Assembly (NCBI GenBank): GCA_043228905.1
Contig: JBHGNT010000016.1
Coordinates: forward strand, 18,724,001 to 18,788,000
DNA length: 64,000 nt
Source of the DNA: Azolla caroliniana
Lineage: Eukaryota; Plantae; Polypodiophyta
Direction: 5' to 3'
Position numbers and translations under genes: made by a program. Position 1 is the first letter of the stretch. Each line of letters opens with the position of its first letter. Shown here piece by piece: positions 12,835 to 25,429 of this stretch. Under the pieces are notes generated by a model that was given only the letters and a program-made list of their open reading frames with translations, did no database searches and had not been told where the DNA came from.

Positions 12835-13704
12835 ATGTGGACCTCATGTCTGAACCTAGGCCTTATGTTACCTTTCCCCCCCTAATACCCTCGCCAGTCA
12901 TGGAGCAAACCCCATTCTTGTCATCTCACTTTCTATGTAACGTCCCTTCCGTGGAACCTTCCTTCGCTCTTCCCTGCCTCGCTATCAAATTTTCCCTGGC
13001 CCAGACCTTTTTGCTCACCTTGTCACGAACATCTCTTCTCGTCGTGCCCAAGGACTATTCATTCCGATTTTTCGATTGTTTTTTATTATCATAAAAGGAA
13101 TGTGTTGGGGAGATTTGTTCCTATTTTCGGTCATCGTATTGTGGGCATTTATCCTAAACATATGATTGTCTTATGTTGAGAATCAAGCTCAACTTGGTCT
13201 ATTGTGTGAACTCACCTTGAGAGTGAATAGACACTCTAACGGTCAAGAGTCACCATTATGTCACCACTTTATATTCTTGCATTTAGTATGAGTCATAGAG
13301 TCATATTCTATGACACATAACTTATGAGCTTTCACATTCCCCATGCTCCATGAGTCTTGTAGTTAATGAAGAGAGAGGGTGACTATATAAAGCACCCTCG
13401 TCCCACCTTGTATAATGTTGAGTCTTTCTCCTTTGTTAATATACTTTACCTTGCGTATTCTCTGTGTCTTACTCCTTGTCTCTCTCTCATACACACACAC
13501 ACAACTCATATCTATTCAGCTGCACAGATTCCATCTCTTGATTCTTTACATGGTATTAGGGCGACTTGGTAGCTCGATCTAGCCCATCCGCGTGCGCTGC
13601 GTCCTACGCCGACGACCGAGAACCGGCTCATTGCCATCGTAGCTTCGCTACATAGATCACATTCAAAGAGAGAAGGAGGAGAAGAAGAAGAATCGACATA
13701 ATGA

Positions 13705-16302
13705 ATACTCAAATGGGGAGCGCTCTCCCTATCGAGAAGTTGGATAGAAACAACTTCGCATCTTGGGAGTACAAGATGCACCAATACCTTGTCGGACAAG
13801 GCTATTGGAGCTACATCAAAGGAGCACACGAAGACTGACCCATTGAAACAGCTCCCGGATACGCGACATGGGAGCAAGCCGCAAGCCGCGTGATGTATTG
13901 CTTGGTGACATGTGTTCACGATCACATGCTTGGCTACATTCGCAAAACCAAGACGCCGAAGGGGGCATGGGAAAATCTACGAAAGATTTTCGCGGCGAAC
14001 ACAACCGCAAGAAGGCTTCAACTCCGCCAAGAGTTGAACAACATTCAACAAAGGGACATGTCCATCGCGACATACACCTTGAAGATCAAGGAGCTTTACG
14101 ACTCGCTCGGCTCGATAAGCATAAATATCGATGATGATGAGATGGTGCAAATATGCCTCAGCGGCCTCGCACCACGGTTCGGCGCGAGGCGAACCGCCGT
14201 TCTAACAAGGGAGAAATCTCCCTCCTTCTTCGAGCTCCAATCAATGCTATTGATCGAAGAAAACCACATGTGTACAAGGAGCAATGAGTCGGAAGCCCAC
14301 ATGCTCTACACGCACTCGAACGGAGGAAGAGGACGCGGACGACCGAGAGGCCGATTCGGCCAAGGACAAGGCGGACGAGGTCCGACCTACGACAACAACT
14401 CCCAATTTTGGCCACAAAACGGACGCCAAGGAGGAACCTTCACAAGAAGGGGGAGCTTCCACTCCTGCCCGAGCCATCAAAACGCAACCGAATGCGGATA
14501 TTGCGGAAAGCTCGGCCACCACGAAGAAGAGTGCCGAAAGAAGATGTGTGAATCGGCTTCCACAAGCCGACAACTCACGAATTACGCACACAATTCTGAC
14601 TACGAAGAGTATAGCAGAATGTATGGGCACAACTCCAACTATGAAGATCGTGGCGGAATGTATGCACAAAACTCCGACCGTGGCGGAATATTCATGATGA
14701 AACATAGAGCAAACTCTATGTCGGCCTCAACCTCAACTAGTGCCCTCAATCCGGAGGACGTATGGTTTGTTGACTCCGGAGCCTCAAACCATATGACATC
14801 TCATAAAGAATGGTTTCTTGAACTTCGAGAGCCGGAGCGACCCGGTTATGTCGAAACTGGAGATGACACTACGCACCCGATTCGGCACATCGACAATGTT
14901 CCATTCGGGGAAAGAGGTAAGCAAACATACATTAAAAATGTCTTGCATGTTCCTACGTCTCGGTCGGCCAAATGGTTGAGCAAGGGATGCAAGTACGATT
15001 TGACCAAGAAGGGTGCTTCATCGAAAAAGAGGGCCGAATCATCGCGCATGGAAGAAGAGAGGGCCGGATGTTCATTCTCGATTCACATGAGATGAAATCC
15101 GCCATGTTCGCAAAAAGCATGAAAGCCGACTTTGACATAGAGCTATGGCACAAGCGAATCGGCTATATCAATCTCAACAAACTCAAAGCAATGAAATCGA
15201 AAGGAGTCGTCATCGGAATGCCGGCATTCAAAGAGAAGGAGATTGAGGTGTATGCGAAGCGTGCCAATTCGGCAAGCAACACCAACACCCATTCCCAAAA
15301 GGGGGGAACGTGAGCAAAGGTCTACTCGAAGTAGTCCATTCCGACCTATGGGGATCGGCGTAGACGACTACATTCAGCGGATGCCAATATTACGTGCTCT
15401 TCATCGACGACTTCTCCAGGCACATGTGGCTCTATCCGATGTGGCAAAATAGCGAAGTGTTCGGACACTTCCAAAGGTTTAAAAACGAAGTCGAAAAGGC
15501 CACTGGTCGTCATGTACGATGCCTTCGATCAAATGGCGGCAAGGAGTACTTCTCGGATGATTTCACGACGTATCTTCGAAAGGAAGGAATTCGGCGAGAA
15601 TTCACTTGCCGACACACTCCGCAACAAAACGGAGTAGCCAAGCGCAAAAATCGGCATATCCTCGAAGTAGCGCGGGCCATGATGAACGAGAAGCATATGC
15701 CCAAGTCATATTGGGCCAAAGCTGCAAATACAGTCGTCTACCTAATGAACCGGTGCACAACATCCGGAGTGCACGAGGTCACTCTGCACGAAAAATACTT
15801 CTGAAAGAAGCCGGACTTATCGCACACCCGGATATTCAGCGCGATATCGTACGTGCACATCCCTGACGAGAAGCGTCAAAAGCTTGACCCAAAGTCGGAG
15901 AAATGTATCCTCATAGCATACTCACTATAGCAAAAGGGGTACAAGTGCTACAACCCCTCAACTCGAAAATCTCGAGTAAGTCGAGATGTCGTTTTTGACG
16001 AGTCTGCATCCTGGTACGCACTAGAGACAACTTCGACTCCGACTTCGCTCAACCCGGAATTCGCCGAACAAGAGATAGAGGATGAAGATCGCCTTACGCG
16101 CATGTTCAAAGAAAGTCCGATCACGACCCGACTGAGCGGACCACAAGAGCCTTTGAGCAATCAAAGCACATCACGGCCTAGCCCGAAGATGGACAAAGGC
16201 AAGGCGAAAATGTCGGAATACGAAGACGATTGCTTCGATGACGATGAGTCAACTCACTCATTAGAGTTCGGCGGCTTCGATGTACCAATCGGAGCTAAGA
16301 AA
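13705..16302 (+). pseudogene. Copia A gag, protease, integrase (frameshifts and stops)
   Basis: CGYCGKLGHHEEEC, WFVDSGASNHM, LWHKRIG, FIDDFSR, TPQQNGVA. Confidence 0.92.
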
Positions 16303-16736
16303 GCCCTTGCCATATCACAAGGCTCGAACCCATGACCTTATGCTACATGGGTCGAGCTCTTGACCATTAGATTATACATTGTAATACGTAGAATATTATT
16401 TTCATTTATATTTTATTATAGAAAATTGATGTATATTCCAGATTTCTCTGAAACATTCTAGAAACTTAAGGAGTATTCCTTAGAACACTATAAAAGGAGG
16501 CACAAGGCATTATTTCGAACCAAATCGGTTCAACGCTAGTCTTAAGCCTCCTAGTTACTGTACATTTTCTTCACATAATATATATCTTTTCTTATCATCA
16601 CTCTCTCTCTCTCTCGATCTCTCTCTCCCTCCCACTCACTCACTCTTTCCTTCTCTCGAGAGTTCTTCACCTCTCTTAGTACTAATTCTTCTTTTAGTAC
16701 TAAGTCCTTCTCTATCTTAGTACTGTTCCTGACAGT

Positions 16737-16749
16737 TTGAACCGATTTG
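16737..16749 (+). promoter_or_regulatory. Non-tRNA (self-priming type) primer-binding site
   Basis: TTGAACCGATTTG is the perfect complement of LTR 16521-16533 (CAAATCGGTTCAA), 32 nt after TATAAAA at 16489; no TGG. Confidence 0.8.
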
Positions 16750-16857
16750 CCTACCTTCTGTCTCTCTCATTTCCTACTAATCTCTTATTCCTCTTTTCTT
16801 TCATCCCATGGCCACTGTTAGCGCTGAAGAATATCAATCTGTTTTCTCGGAATTTCA

Positions 16858-19800
16858 ATGCTTGAAAGAGAAGTTCCATGCTTTGGAACAAGAAAACCAA
16901 CGGTTGCTGGGGGATCTTCAGCAAATCTCCTTAGAAAAACAGCAAACGCAACAACAACATGGGGAACTTGCGTTACGCGTGCAACAACTGAGAAGATGGC
17001 AACCATTTCGCTACGTCAGTTGCGTAAAGAAGGGCACAAGGAGGAAATGTTCCTCTTTGCAATATCAGTAAACCCCTCCAGCACCACTAAAGAAGAATCC
17101 ACCGTTCAACTTCCCGAGAAGTATCGTCATTACGCCGATGTGTTTGATAAAGTACAAGCCAACACACTTCCTCATCATCGACCGTACGATTGCCCCATCG
17201 ATTTACAACCGGGAAAAGAGCCGCCATGGGGACCGATCTACAATTTGTCACCAACCGAGCTGGAAGTCCTTCGGGCCTATATAGAGGAGAATTTGGAAAA
17301 TGGTTTCATTCGGCATTCGAAATCTCCAGCGGGCGCACCCATTTTCTTCGTCAAGAAAAAGGATGGATCGCTTTGTCTCGTTGTAGATTACCGTGGCCTG
17401 AATAAGGTTACAATCAGGAATAGGTATGCTCTTCCCCTTATCTCAAGTCTTTTAGAACGGATCAATGGTGCCATGTTCTTCACGAAGATCGACTTACGGG
17501 GAGCATATAACCTTGTACGGATTCGACCAGGAGACGAATGGAAGACCGCGTTTCGCACCAGATATGGGCACTTCGAGTATACGGTCATGCCGTTCGGCCT
17601 CACTAATGCACCGGCAGTCTTCCAGCACATGGCTAATGATATATTCCGAGATCTTTTGGATGATTGTTTGATCATCTATTTGGATGATCTACTGGTTTAT
17701 TCAAAGACCCAAGAAGAACATGATTCTCATGTACTATTAGTACTAAAACGACTTCGAGAACATGATCTGTATGCAAAGCTGGAAAAATGTAGTTTCGGAT
17801 GCAACCAAGTGGAATTTCTCGGCTACATCATTTCGTCAGAAGGCATCTCCATGGACCCAACTAAGGTCAAAACGGTGGTAGAATGGCAGACTCCGCGTTC
17901 GGTGCGGGATGTGCAATGCTTCCTAGGCTTTGCCAATTTTTACCGGAAGTTCAGACAAGATTACTCAAAGATCGTTCTATCTCTCACACAACTTACCAGG
18001 AAGGGACAACCGTTCATCTGGTCTGAAGAAAGGGATGTGGATTTCGAGAGTCTTAAAAAGGCATTTACCTCGGCTCCAATTCTAGCTCATGTCGATCCGG
18101 AAAAACCATTCATTATCGAAGCTGACGCATCAGATTTTGCATTGGGGAGCATTCTGTCACAACAGGGGAATGATGAGAAGCTACATCCTGTGGCTTTTCA
18201 CTCACGCAAGTTTGACGCCGCCGAAATCAACTACGAAATTCATGATAAGGAGCTATTGGCAATAATGGATTCTTTTATGCAATGGAGGCATTTTCTAGAG
18301 GGATCCTCTCATCCGGTCACAATATTTAGTGACCACAAGAACCTTGCCTACTTTCAGGATGCTCGTGTGTTGAATCGACGTCAAGCTCGGTGGGCCCACT
18401 TCCTCACGCGTTTCGACTTCAAAATTACATATCGTCCGGGGAAGCACCAAGGGAAGGCAGATGCATTATCACGACGTTCGTATCTAGCACCCCGTCCCGG
18501 CGAGCCAACTTTTGATAAACAAAAACAAGTCATCTTGGGACCGGCACGACTACAAACAACACAGATCTTTGATATGCCCATGGATTCCCGCGTTATCGAT
18601 ACCATACGTGAAGACTTGAAGACAGATGCGTTCGCCCAAGCTATACTAGCACAAATTGATCCCTCTCGAGCATCGTGTTCACAGTCACAACCACCAGGTA
18701 CGGACTATCGGCAATTCAAATACCATGATGGATTACTCTTCTTTAAAGAACTTTTGTATGTTCCTAATGGTTCTTGCCGCCTTCAAGTAGTACAAAACTG
18801 TCATGACACATATACAGCTGGGCATTTTGGTAGTACTAAAACACTACATTTAGTACAATGATCATTCTGGTGGTCCTATATGCGACTATTTGTCGAGGAT
18901 TTTGTTCAGACTTGTGATACATGTTGCAGAGCGAAAATGCCAAGGCATCATCCATATGGTTTATTAGAACCATTACCAATTCCAAGCAAGCCGTGGTAGT
19001 TCATTGCTCTAGACTTCATCACAGATCTTCCAGTCTCTAAGGGGTTCAATGCGATTCTAACGGTGGTTGATCGATATATGAAGATGGCTCATTTCTTGCC
19101 ATGTACTAAGGAGATCTCCAGTGAAGACACTGCCGAAATTGTCATGCGTGAAGTATGTCGGCATCATGGACTTCCCGATAGTATCATCAGCGACCGTGGA
19201 CCCCAGTTCGTGTCAAAATTCTGAAAGCACCTTTTTAACATGCTCAAGGTCAGTTGTAACCTCTCCTCCGGCTACCACCCACAAACCGACGGCCAAGCCG
19301 AACGAACCAATCAAACGCTGGAGCAGTATCTGCGGTGCTTTCTTAGCTATCATTAGGATGACTGGGCAGATATTCTCCACTTCGCCGAATTTGCCTATAA
19401 CAACTCTATCCACGCATCCATGAAAGTTACGCCATTTTATGCTTATACGGGATGTCACCCCCGGTGCTATGTACTTGAAACCCCATAGGTGTCCACAAAT
19501 CCTTGCGCAGAGGATCGTTTGGAGAGGTTACGCAAGATACAAGCGGATTTGTCTACTCATCTCCAACAAGCTCAACAAACACACAAGGTTTATGCGGATC
19601 GTCATCGACTCCCATCTAGTTTTAACATTGGAGATCGGGTATGGCTACTCCGACGACACATCAAGACTACTCGCCCATGCGAGAAGTTGGATTATCGGCG
19701 ATTAGGTTCTTTCCGTATTATAGGAAAGATTAATGATGTCGCTTTTCGTCTTGATCTACCTCCACAACTTCGGATACATCCAGTGTTTCATAGTTCTCTC

Positions 19801-20109
19801 CTCGAACCCTATCAAGAGAGCACCATCCCAGGCCGTATTACACAGCCTCCATCCCCAATCGAGCTTGAAGATGGACCTGAGTACGAGGTTGCCGCCATCC
19901 TTGATTCCAAGTTTGTTCGCAACAAGCTCTACTATCTAGTCGATTGGCTAGGATATAGTCCCAACGAGCGTACTTGGGAACCGATAGAGAATGTCACCAA
20001 TGCTCGTGCTCTTCTTGAAGACTTCCATCGTCAATATCCAGACAAACCGGGTCCTCAATCCAAAACGACTCGTTACACTCGTTGTTTTAAAGGGGGGATA
20101 GTGTCATGA
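16858..20109 (+). pseudogene. pol: Element T pol: RT and RNase H (open 16858-18861), integrase with stops, chromodomain
   Basis: [76 protein letters not shown]. Confidence 0.95.
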
Positions 20110-20536
20110 TATGGCAAGACTCGAACCCATGACCTTATACTACATGGGTCGAGCTCTTGACTATTAGATTATACATTGTAATACGTAGAATATTATTTTC
20201 ATTTATGTTTTATTATAGAAAATTGATGTATATTCCAGATTTCTCTGAAACATTCTAGAAACTTAAGGAGTATTCCTTAGAACACTATAAAAGGAGGCAC
20301 AAGGCATTATTTCGAACCAAATCGGTTCAACGCCAGTCTTAAGCCTCCTAGTTACTATACATTTTCTTCACATAATATATATCTTTTCTTATCATCACTC
20401 TCTCTCTCTCTCGATCTCTCTCTCCCTCCCTCTCACTCACTCTTTCCTTCTCTTGAGAGTTCTTCACCTCTCTTAGTACTAAAACTTCTTTTAGTACTAA
20501 GTCCTTCTCTGTCTTAGTACTGTTCTTGACAGCCCT

Positions 20537-22223
20537 CATCTCTGCAAATGAAAAGCTCCGTCGTTCCACCCGTGAAAAGAATCCGGTCAGTCGATTCGGC
20601 CACAACAACTACATGGCATATCACTATGCCTTTATGATGAAGGTGGCGACAGTACGCAAGCCAGAAACATTTTCCGAAGTAGCAAAGGACCCACGATGGA
20701 TCAAAGCAATGAACGAGGAGATGCGTGCACTACGCAAGAACGAGGCATGTGATCTCGTTCCCCACTCACCGCACAAGAAGGCAATTGGATGTAGATGGAT
20801 TTACAAAGTGAAGTACAACGCCGACAGTTCCGTCAACCGCTACAAAGCGCAACTCATAGCGAAAGGCTACGCACAAACGCATGGAGTTGACTATGAAAAG
20901 AACTTTGCCCCGGTGGCAAAGATGACAACGGTATGGACCGTAATTGCACTTGCCGTGGCGAAAGGGTGGCACCTCCATCAACTGGACGTCAAGAATGCCT
21001 TTCTACAAGGCGAATTAGAAGAGGTGTACATGATACAACCACCCGGCTTCAACTTGAGCACCCATCCGAAAGTTGTATGCCGACTCAAGAAGCCACTCTA
21101 CGGCCTCAAGCAAGCACCGTGTTCTTGGCATTCGAAGATAACGCAATATCTTCATCAAATTGGCTTCCGTATGTCAAAATTGGACAACTCCCTCTACATA
21201 CGAAGCGATTCCCCAAGTCCGATCGTCATCATCTTATATGTGGATGACCTAGTCATTGGAGGTGAGCATCTCGTCGAAATCAATAAGGTCAAATCCCTCC
21301 TTTCCGACAAGTTCGAGATGACGGACATGAAGGAGCTCCACTACTTCCTCAACATCGAGATAATTTGGACTCCGGCCGGAATCATGATCTCTCAACGGCA
21401 CTACATCCTCAATTTATTATACAAATTCGGGATGGCTGAGTGCAAATCCGCGGCAACCCCGCTCGATCGCAATTTCAAACTAGTTGCGAACTCCGGCACC
21501 AAAGCGTGTGAGCCGACTCAATATCGGCAACTCATCGGGAGTCTCATCTACCTCACGATCACTTGACCCAATCTCAGTTATCCGGTCGATCTCCTTAGCC
21601 AATTCATGCAAACACCGCGTAATACTCACTTGGATTGCGCTAAGCGAGTTCTACGATACGTGAGCGGCACAATGAATTGCGGCATCCTCTACAAGACCAC
21701 GATGCCAATACGACTCGAGGGGTACACAGACACCGATTGGGCCGGCTACAAAGCTGATAGAAGATCAACCTCCGGATTTGTTTTTTCCCTCGGCAACGGA
21801 GCAATATCTTGGAGCAGCAAAAAGCAACCAACCGTTGCTCTTTCGAGCACAGAGGCAGAATACAGGGGCGCAGTAGTGGCCGCATGTGAAACCGTATGGC
21901 TCAAAAGGATACTCAAGGATCTAGGCGTACCCATCAAGGATCCGACTTCCCTTTACTGCGACAACATGACCAGTATCTATTTGGCTCGGAACCCGGTGTT
22001 CCACACGCAGACAAAGCACATCGAAGTGCACTATCACTTCATCCGAGAGCGCGTTCTAGCTGGCAATGTCGACCTACAACACATTAGCACAAATCTTCAA
22101 ACGGCCGACATCTTCACTAAAGCCTTAGGAGCCGACAAGCTATGGCAAATCATGACCGATCTCGGATTGACGATCCCTGACCTGCCAAGCTTGAGGGGGA
22201 GAACTGAAGACACTACGCAATAA
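20537..22223 (+). pseudogene. Copia A RT and RNase H
   Basis: QLDVKNAFL, LYGLKQ, LYVDDL, SWSSKKQ, TKHIEVHYHF; stop at 21564. Confidence 0.95.
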
Positions 22224-23957
22224 CGCGTGGATTCCGCAACCGCGCAACGAAGCTGCGAAGAGCCGATCTACCGCGCAAAGCCGCGAAGAAAGACGCAAGC
22301 CGAAGCACATACTTCTCAACTACGCACAATGCAAGCTGGAGCACGGATTCCGCAACTCCGCATAAATGCGAGTCGACGCGGACCGCGGAACGCGAGTCGA
22401 AGTGGATTTCGGATACCGTCTGAAACCGACCCGACTTGATCTTGAGGGGGCATGTTGAGAATCAAGCTCAACTTGGTCTAGTGTGTGAACTCACCTTGAG
22501 GGTGAATAGACACTCCAACGGTCAAGAGTCACCATAATGTCACCACTTTATATTCTTGCATTTAGTATGAGTCATAGAATCATATTCTATGACACATAAC
22601 TTATGAGCTTTCACATTCCCCATGCTCCATGAGTCTTGTAGTTAATGAAGAGAGAGGGTGACTATGTAAAGCACCCTCCTCCCACCTTGTATAATGTTGA
22701 GTCTTTCTCCTTTGTTAATATACTTTACCTTGCATATTCTCTGTGTCTTACTCCTTGTCTCTCTCACACACACACTCTCTCTCATACACACACACAATTC
22801 ATATCTATTCCGCTGCACATAATCCATCTCTTGATTCTTTACATCTTATGTAGAATGCCATAGGTTTGTTCTCACCATTCCCCTTCAATCACATGCATTT
22901 ATGGAAATGATGCAAATGCCTCCTTTCTTCTTAAATATGACATCATTCCTCAATCATTTTTGTTGAGCTTGCAAATAATGGAATGTCTCCTTTCATCTTA
23001 AATAAGATACCCTTCCTCTATCATATTATTTGAGCTTGCACTCATGTTGCATCTTATGAACATCTTATACATTCATATTTTGCATATTACTCGCACTCTT
23101 ATGCATTTCAGGACTGGAGGGAGGTCATATGATTAGATCCTCTTTTTTTGCGAATGGTCTCCTACATTAAGTTAATACATGTCCTTGTGATAACTAACGT
23201 AGTGTTTGGAATGCTCAACAACTTTACACACCATAAATAATTGTGCGTTTGTTTAGATTGTTTGACGAAAAGTCTAATTGAAAACGCTTACCCATGTGGA
23301 GGCTTGTGGACATTATTCTTGTTCATCATTTTGAAGACCCCCTTTTTCCCTATGATGTTGTCTCACATTCATATGACTTAGTAAGACTTGGTTCAAGCTA
23401 ACTTACAACCTTTTTTTGTATATTGGTGAAAGTTTGTGGCCACCCACCTCTATGTGATACAAGCCCCCATTAAGAACACTTTGTTAAGTCTAATCAAGAG
23501 ATTGTCATGTGCAAACTCAGTATGCAATCTTTCATTGCAAAATGATGTAATCATAACTAAGGTCCAGTCAAATCATTAGACAACTTGAATTGAAAAAGCG
23601 AAGCTTGATCTATGAGGCCACGTGCTCATGCCAATGCGTGAGAACCAAGGTCTTTGATCAAATATTGCATTCAATAACTACCCTAAAATGCGAGCTCCCA
23701 CTTTATGTTGGTTGATGAAGATGAAGTGGTCGAGCAATTGTTTTTACTGATAGTAGAAAGAAAAAATACAATAGAGAAAGAAGAACAAAATGCATAGATC
23801 ACACATAGACATTTTGGTAGCATAATAAACCTTGCATTACTTTTGATCTATATACTAGGAATGGGCCCAATTTGGTTTAGGTTTCTTTGCCTTGAAACCA
23901 AACCAAACCAAACCAAACCATTTATATAGATAAAAAACCAAATCAAACTGTTTATGA

Positions 23958-24910
23958 ACTTTCAAGCCATTTAAGAAAACGTAAATCAAACCATTTTAAA
24001 CAAAACCGTTTAGGGAAAAGTTGAAACCAAACTGAGCCACTTAATAAAAAGTTTGAACCTAACCACATTTAAGCCAAACTAATTAAAAAATGAAATAAAT
24101 AAAAATACACTAAATTAAATAAGCATTTATGTTAATTAAATTAAATAAATAAATAAACATTAATTAAGCCATTAGATTAAATAAACATTTAAGTTAAGTG
24201 AATTAAATCAATAAAAAACATTAATTAAACCATTAAATTACATAGACATTTAAGGGATAAAAAAGTTAGCCACTTTCAAGCCATTTAAGAAAACGTAAAT
24301 CAAACCATTTTAAACAAAACCGTTTAGGGAAAAGTTGAAACCAAACTGAGCCACTTAATAAAAAGTTTGAACCTAACCACATTTAAGCCAAACTAATTAA
24401 AAAATGAAATAAATAAAAATACACTAAATTAAATAAGCATTTATGTTAATTAAATTAAATAAATAAATAAACATTAATTAAGCCATTAGATTAAATAAAC
24501 ATTTAAGTTAAGTGAATTAAATCAATAAAAAACATTAATTAAACCATTAAATTACATAGACATTTAAGGGATAAAAAAGTTAGCCACTTTCAAGCCATTT
24601 AAGAAAACGTAAATCAAACCATTTTAAACAAAACCGTTTAGGGAAAAGTTGAAACCAAACTGAGCCACTTAATAAAAAGTTTGAACCTAACCACATTTAA
24701 GCCAAACTAATTAAAAAATGAAATAAATAAAAATACACTAAATTAAATAAGCATTTATGTTAATTAAATTAAATAAATAAATAAACATTAATTAAGCCAT
24801 TAGATTAAATAAACATTTAAGTTAAGTGAATTAAATCAATAAAAAACATTAATTAAACCATTAAATTACATAGACATTTAAGGGATAAAAAAGTTAGCCA
24901 CTTTCAAGCC
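23958..24910. repeat. Three tandem copies of a 314-bp AT-rich unit
   Basis: ACTTTCAAGCC recurs at 23958, 24272, 24586 and 24900; units look identical. Confidence 0.95.
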
Positions 24911-24960
24911 TTTAAACCAAACCACTTAAACTTGTAAACTGATAAACCCCAATTTTAGAA

Positions 24961-25227
24961 TTGTCCCTTCACACGTGCTCATTGCTGGGTATACTCAGCA
25001 TAATCAAGTTCATGAAGCTTTACTTCTTTCAAGCAGCTACAAAGTGGGGGCCTTTCCCTAGACGTTATCACCTTCATAGGCCTCTTGAAGGCTTGTGGGA
25101 GCTTAGGATATATGGGAAAAAAGGTAATAAGATATTCAATGTTCATTGTAATAGTGGACTATTTTGTATATTGTCTTTGGCTACTCTAATTTTAATACCA
25201 ATGGAGGATAATTTTATGGTAAAAAAA
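24961..25227 (+). pseudogene. PLS-class PPR gene fragment inserted in the hAT element
   Basis: Across two frameshifts reads VLIAGYTQHNQVHEAL / SFKQLQSGGLSLDVITFIGLLKACGSLGYMGK / GNKI; flanked by 13-bp direct repeats. Confidence 0.8.
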
Positions 25228-25429
25228 CCCAATTTTAGAACCAAACTGAACTAAAACCGAACCGTTTATTAATGATTAAAACCAAACCAAACCATTTAAT
25301 TATTTCGGAACTTATAAACCAATACCCTATGGCTTAATGGTTCGGTTCAGTTTGAGCCGAAATTGGGCCCATATCTACTATATACATCCTACAATTTGTG
25401 GGAATTACATTTTTGGCCTTTCACACTAT

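Larger units (their letters stand above)
16308..20531 (+). mobile_element. Tf1/Tcn1-like Ty3/gypsy chromovirus T nested in copia A (LTRs 16308-16734 and 20102-20531), internally deleted
   Basis: TSD GCCCT (16303-16307, 20532-20536); PPT AGGGGGGATAG 20091-20101; RT-RH-IN-chromodomain order. Confidence 0.96.
13174..22843 (+). mobile_element. Full-length Ty1/copia element A (LTRs 13174-13550 and 22453-22843), degenerate
   Basis: TG..CA LTR pair, TSD TCTTA (13169-13173, 22844-22848), degenerate PBS TGGTATTAGGGC at 13551, PPT at 22442; gag-PR-IN-RT-RH order. Confidence 0.97.
23856..25377. mobile_element. Non-autonomous hAT-superfamily DNA transposon
   Basis: TIRs TAGGAATGGGCCCAATTT / AAATTGGGCCCATATCTA; 8-bp TSD CTATATAC (23848-23855, 25378-25385); AAACCA/AAACCG subterminal motifs. 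Confidence 0.92.

Noticed and set aside
22850-23850. Unassigned AT-rich interval (also 12840-13170 and 48800-50300)
   Set aside because: No motif, terminal repeat or convincing ORF could be supported by eye
24961-25254. 97-aa ORF as a real gene
   Set aside because: PPR similarity lies mostly in other frames; it is a frameshifted fragment
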